DNA of 20,000 nucleotides from sequence record SRR2962707_3124; one strand, written 5' to 3'. Made by a program: the position numbers and the translations under genes. Position 1 is the stretch's first letter; each line of letters starts with the position of its first letter. The notes under the pieces were generated by a model. It was given only the letters and a program-made list of their open reading frames with translations, did not search any database and was not told the DNA's origin. Shown here in pieces: positions 16,154 through 20,000 of the stretch.

Positions 16154-17259
16154 GAGTTTTAATCAGCCTCGTCGCTGTATTCGTTTTGGCTGCAAGCCTG
16201 CCGCAAAACGGATTTGCTCAGTCGCGCATTAAAGATATCGCGACCTTGCAAAGCGCGCGTGACAATCAGCTCATTGGCTATGGTCTTGTCGTTGGCTTGC
16301 CTGGCACCGGCGATAGTTTGCGCAATGCGCCGTTTACTGAGACGTCTATGCGCTCGATGCTCGATACTTTGGGTGTTGCGACAGAAAGTGGCCGCGCACG
16401 TCTTAACAATATTGCGGCTGTCATTGTGACGGCAAATTTGCCAGCCTTTGTGCGCCACGGATCGCGGATTGATATTGATGTTTCCTCGCTGGGCGATGCC
16501 TCATCGCTTGAAGGTGGTCAATTGATTATGACGCCGCTGCGCGGTGCTGATGGTGAGATTTATGCTGTCGGGCAGGGCCCTGTTTCTACGGGTAGTATTT
16601 TTGCCCAAGGTGCTGCTGAAACTGTTTCACAAGGTACGCCAACTTCAGGGCGCATCGTGAACGGCGCTATCGTCGAACGCTCTGTCAAAGGTGCTGTTCA
16701 AGACGATCTGACGTTAACTTTGCAATTGCGTAATCCGGATTATTCGACGGTTATTGAGATGACAGACGCGATCAATAATTTTGCGCAAGAGCACTATGGT
16801 GTTCGTCCCGCTCAGGAAATCGATAGCCGTACAATTATTCTCAAACGCCCCAAAAGTATTTCGACAGCGCGCTTTATCGCTTCGATTGAAGATCTAGAAG
16901 TGCGGCCGGATTCGCCTGCGCGTGTCGTTCTGGATGCATCAACAGGCACAGTTGTTATCGGGCAGGATGTCCGTGTTTCTCCGGTTGCTGTTAGCCATGG
17001 TTCATTGACTGTGCGCGTGACGGAATCTCCAACCGTTGTTCAGCCCAATCCATTTTCTCAAGGTGAGACCGCCGTAGAGCCTTTGACCAATATCGATATT
17101 ACACAGTCTGACGCTTCGTTGGATGTTGTTAAAGGTGCGAGCCTTAACGAACTTGTCGAAGGTCTCAATAAGTTGGGTGTCGGTCCGCGTGAGACGATCG
17201 CTATTTTGCAAACGATTAAAAATGCCGGTGCGCTGCAGGCAGATTTGGTGGTGCAGTAA
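16150..17259 (+). CDS. flgI: Flagellar P-ring protein FlgI
   Basis: Signal peptide, RIKDIA, RDNQLIGYGLVVGLPGTGD, GDASSLEGG and ILQTIKNAGALQA. Confidence 0.98.
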   Translation: MRVLISLVAVFVLAASLPQNGFAQSRIKDIATLQSARDNQLIGYGLVVGLPGTGDSLRNAPFTETSMRSMLDTLGVATESGRARLNNIAAVIVTANLPAFVRHGSRIDIDVSSLGDASSLEGGQLIMTPLRGADGEIYAVGQGPVSTGSIFAQGAAETVSQGTPTSGRIVNGAIVERSVKGAVQDDLTLTLQLRNPDYSTVIEMTDAINNFAQEHYGVRPAQEIDSRTIILKRPKSISTARFIASIEDLEVRPDSPARVVLDASTGTVVIGQDVRVSPVAVSHGSLTVRVTESPTVVQPNPFSQGETAVEPLTNIDITQSDASLDVVKGASLNELVEGLNKLGVGPRETIAILQTIKNAGALQADLVVQ

Positions 17260-17819
17260 TGAGATTTGAATTTAAAACAGCACTCATTCTTTCGCTTCTT
17301 ATGGCCAATCCGGCGTTGGCCAATGAACCTGCCTATTCTGATGAGGAAGTTGTCATCTCAAATCAGAATAGCGTTGAAGAGCTCAATACCAATCTCATTA
17401 AAAGTGTTGCACCAGGTTCTGATAAGGAACTTGAATTGCTCTGCGAAAATATAACGGAGCCTGCAAGGGAGCGTCGTTATGCGATCCAAAAGGCACAACT
17501 TGAAAAGCTTAAGTCAGATTTAGAAGAGCGTCTTGCGCTGCTCGATACCAAGCGCGTGGAACTCGAAACTTGGGTAAAAAAGCGCGAACAGTTTGCTGAG
17601 ATGGCCAATCAATCTGTTGTTGATGTTTACGCCAATATGGATGCATCCGCTGCTGCGGAACGATTGGCAAATATGGATGGTGGCTTGTCGGCGGCACTTT
17701 TGATGAAGTTAAAAGCGCGTTCAGCCGCATCAATTTTGAGTGAGATGGACCCTAAGAAGGCCTCTTTTGTAACCGGCATAATGGCCGCGTCGAGTGATAA
17801 GACATTGGAGCAGCAGTGA
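17259..17819 (+). CDS. motE: MotE-family periplasmic motility protein
   Basis: Signal peptide, CENI...ARERRY, coiled coil, and MgtE_N-like C-terminus (VYANMDASAAAERL...ASILSEMDPKKA). Sits between flgI and flgH as in Sinorhizobium. Confidence 0.88.
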   Translation: MRFEFKTALILSLLMANPALANEPAYSDEEVVISNQNSVEELNTNLIKSVAPGSDKELELLCENITEPARERRYAIQKAQLEKLKSDLEERLALLDTKRVELETWVKKREQFAEMANQSVVDVYANMDASAAAERLANMDGGLSAALLMKLKARSAASILSEMDPKKASFVTGIMAASSDKTLEQQ

Positions 17820-18511
17820 TGCTTAGAGTTTTTGCATTTATTTTGCTTGCTTCATCTGTCACTGGGTGCGCAAGCGTTAAGACAATCGGTAAAGTGCCAG
17901 AACTTAGCCCGATGAGCCTTGAGGCTCAGTATCCAACGCATACCAAAGAGCAGATGGCTGCTATGTATCCAGATACCCCCAATCGTTATTCGACGTGGGA
18001 TAATCGGGCGGCGGGATTGTTTACGGCGCGGCGCGCCATGAAACAGGGCGACATTCTGACTGTTAATATCCAAATCGACGATAAGGCGCAGTTTGATAAT
18101 CGTTCAGATCGTCAACGGACTTCTGGCAAGAATTTATCACTGGGTGCGAATACGTCGGGTGGTTACGCTGGTAGCCTTGATGGAACGATGAGTTCTACAA
18201 CGACATTTGATGGCAGCGGCGGCACAACACGTGCAGAATCGCTTAATGTTGCTATCGCAGCAGTCGTGACCAATATCTTGGATAATGGTAATTTGGTGAT
18301 CCGCGGAACACAGGAAGTTGTTGTTAATGCGGAGAAGCGGGTGCTTTCTGTTGAGGGTATAGTTAGACCTTCTGACATTCTGCCTGATAGCACGATCCCC
18401 TATGAGAAAATTGCAGAAGCGCGTATCAGCTATGGTGGCAATGGCCGCATAACCGAGGTCCAGCAGCCGACATATGGTCAGCAGGTACTCGATAAATTCC
18501 TACCATTTTAG
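17819..18511 (+). CDS. flgH: Flagellar L-ring lipoprotein FlgH
   Basis: Lipobox VTGC, RAMKQGDILTVNI, NGNLVIRGTQEV, GIVRPSDI and IAEARISYGGNG. Start is ATG 17819 or GTG 17816. Confidence 0.97.
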   Translation: MLRVFAFILLASSVTGCASVKTIGKVPELSPMSLEAQYPTHTKEQMAAMYPDTPNRYSTWDNRAAGLFTARRAMKQGDILTVNIQIDDKAQFDNRSDRQRTSGKNLSLGANTSGGYAGSLDGTMSSTTTFDGSGGTTRAESLNVAIAAVVTNILDNGNLVIRGTQEVVVNAEKRVLSVEGIVRPSDILPDSTIPYEKIAEARISYGGNGRITEVQQPTYGQQVLDKFLPF

Positions 18512-18521
18512 GCGAAAAAAT

Positions 18522-19064
18522 ATGGCTGCCAGCAGTAATATTGATGATGACGACGAGCCAAAGAAATCATCTTTGTTTGGCTCTATCATTTTGCCAATTA
18601 TCTTGTTGGTGCTCGCCGGCGGCATGGGCTTTGGCTTTGCAAAAATGTATGTCGTGCCCAAAATGGAACAAAATACTGCAGCTGTTTCCGAAACGGCCAG
18701 CGCAGATCACGGAGACTCTGAACCTGCGGCAAGTGCGGGTGGTCATGGCGCGGCCAAAGATGATGGACATGGCGGCGCGGGAAACACTATTGTTCCGTTG
18801 GAGCCGATCATCACAAATCTTGCTGATCCAGCGGATGTATGGGTAAGGGCAGAGTTTTCACTTGAATTTACGGAGCCAGCCGAGCACGGCGTTGCGGAAT
18901 TAATTCATAGCGATTTTCTGACTTTTCTGAAGACTGTAAAATTGCAGAATTTGGAAGGAAGCATCGGCTTTCGTCATTTGATGGATGACTTGGAAGAACG
19001 CGCTGCAGTAACCAGCGACAACAAAGTGAGCCGCGTGCTTGTGAGAGCGTTTTTGGTCGAATGA
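18522..19064 (+). CDS. fliL: Flagellar basal body-associated protein FliL
   Basis: Single TM (IILPIILLVLAGGMGFGFA), LEPIITNLADP..WVR and DDLEERA. ATG 18522 is chosen because the ORF-track start overlaps flgH. Confidence 0.9.
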   Translation: MAASSNIDDDDEPKKSSLFGSIILPIILLVLAGGMGFGFAKMYVVPKMEQNTAAVSETASADHGDSEPAASAGGHGAAKDDGHGGAGNTIVPLEPIITNLADPADVWVRAEFSLEFTEPAEHGVAELIHSDFLTFLKTVKLQNLEGSIGFRHLMDDLEERAAVTSDNKVSRVLVRAFLVE

Positions 19065-19816
19065 AAAATGTTGTCCTCAAACTAGCAGTCAGTTTTGTTT
19101 TTTGGCTTTTGTTTGCCAATGCTGGCTTTGCTCAGGATACGGGGATTGGCAATGCTGCTGCGACAATTGTTGGCGGGCAAACAAGTGCACAGATCATTCA
19201 GCTGTTTGGCTTGCTTACGGTGCTTGCAATTGCACCTGGCATTTTGGTCATGGTCACATGTTTTCCCAGGTTCATCATTGTCTTTTCAATTTTGAGATCT
19301 GGGCTTGGTCTGCAAACGACACCTGCAAATATCATCTTGATTAGCCTATCATTGTTCATGACGTTTTACGTCATGTCGCCGATCATTGATCGCGCTTGGC
19401 AAGAAGGTATTCAGCCTCTTGCACAACAGCAGATCGATGAAAAAGTTGCTTTTGAGCGCACCTTGGAGCCATTTCGCGGGTTCATGATGAAAAATGTGCG
19501 CGACAAGGACATTGATCTGTTTGTCGAACTTGCTCAAGAGCGAGGGCAGGCGGTCCGCAATGAGGCTGGTGTTGTTGATGTTCGCGTTCTTATCCCTGCT
19601 TTTATGATTTCAGAAATTCGGCGCGGTTTTGAGATCGGGTTTTTGGTTGTATTGCCATTTTTGGTGATTGACTTGATCGTTGCCACCATTGTTATGGCCA
19701 TGGGCATGATGATGTTGCCGCCCTCGGTTGTGTCACTGCCGTTTAAAATACTGTTTTTCGTGATGATCGACGGTTGGAACTTACTGGTTGGCAATTTGGT
19801 ACGCTCGGTCCTGTAA
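19061..19816 (+). CDS. fliP: Flagellar export gate protein FliP
   Basis: LLTVLAIAPGILVMVTCFPRFIIV, LFMTFYVMSP, LIPAFMISE and MGMMMLPPSVVSLPFKILFFVMIDGW. Confidence 0.98.
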   Translation: MKNVVLKLAVSFVFWLLFANAGFAQDTGIGNAAATIVGGQTSAQIIQLFGLLTVLAIAPGILVMVTCFPRFIIVFSILRSGLGLQTTPANIILISLSLFMTFYVMSPIIDRAWQEGIQPLAQQQIDEKVAFERTLEPFRGFMMKNVRDKDIDLFVELAQERGQAVRNEAGVVDVRVLIPAFMISEIRRGFEIGFLVVLPFLVIDLIVATIVMAMGMMMLPPSVVSLPFKILFFVMIDGWNLLVGNLVRSVL

Positions 19817-19835
19817 CGTTTTTTAAAACGATCTA

Positions 19836-19900
19836 TTAACCATCATAAATCATCGGCCCATTTTGGCACTTTTGTGACACGCTATTTCAGCCTTTATTAA
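19836..19900 (+). promoter_or_regulatory. Candidate CtrA-binding sites upstream of the next gene (probably flagellin)
   Basis: TTAACCAT at 19836-19843 and TTCA-N7-TTAA at 19886-19900, one mismatch from TTAA-N7-TTAA. Confidence 0.5.
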
Positions 19901-19914
19901 TGTCTATGTTGCAT

Positions 19915-20000
19915 CTTTCGGTGAACACGAAAGCGCAGCCAGATTTAATTTGGCTAGGGCATGATGCCTGACGCCCGTACCGGAAAAGCCGGAATGTCCC
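19915..20000 (+). promoter_or_regulatory. Structured putative 5' leader of a flagellin gene (truncated by window end)
   Basis: Four consecutive inverted repeats: 19915-19933, 19937-19955, 19958-19968 (GGCATGATGCC) and 19980-19992 (CCGG-N5-CCGG), followed by ATGTCCC. Flagellin normally follows fliP in this cluster type. Confidence 0.5.

Noticed and set aside
5425..19816. Flagellar cluster as an injectisome-type T3SS or a recently acquired island
   Set aside because: Stator, rod and P/L-ring genes show it is a true flagellum in the usual rhizobial order. No integrase, IS, tRNA or flanking repeats are visible, and I cannot quantify any compositional shift by eye.
19863..19878. TTGGCAC resembling a sigma-54 -24 box
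   Set aside because: The -12 position reads AC instead of the required GC (GG-N10-GC not met).

Overview
Alphaproteobacterial (Hyphomicrobiales/Rhizobiales-type) chromosomal window of moderate GC content. Bases 1-4820 hold a heterotetrameric sarcosine oxidase operon, soxB(5'-truncated)-soxD-soxA-soxG, met head-on by a MaoC/NodN-like dehydratase gene. Bases 5425-19816 hold an intact rhizobial-type flagellar cluster in the Sinorhizobium/Agrobacterium gene order. Leftward: motA-fliM-fliN-fliG-flhB-hyp. Rightward: DUF1217-flgF-fliI-hyp, then flgB-flgC-fliE-flgG-flgA-flgI-motE-flgH-fliL-fliP. The window ends in what looks like a flagellin promoter and structured leader. I see no mobile element, CRISPR array, tRNA/rRNA or pseudogene, and no clearly new multi-gene system. 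The most interesting signals are regulatory or concern uncharacterised genes: (1) a 14-bp motif (MAGCTWSAVGCAAG) 10 bp upstream of a -10-like hexamer at all three flagellar operon starts; (2) an SD-occluding inverted repeat and a GANTC site at the flgB promoter; (3) a chain of two overlapping mini-ORFs between fliN and fliG; (4) absence of the visNR/vjbR regulator at the left cluster edge; (5) three conserved flagellar genes of unknown function. All gene calls come from recognising motifs and synteny; no database search was run.
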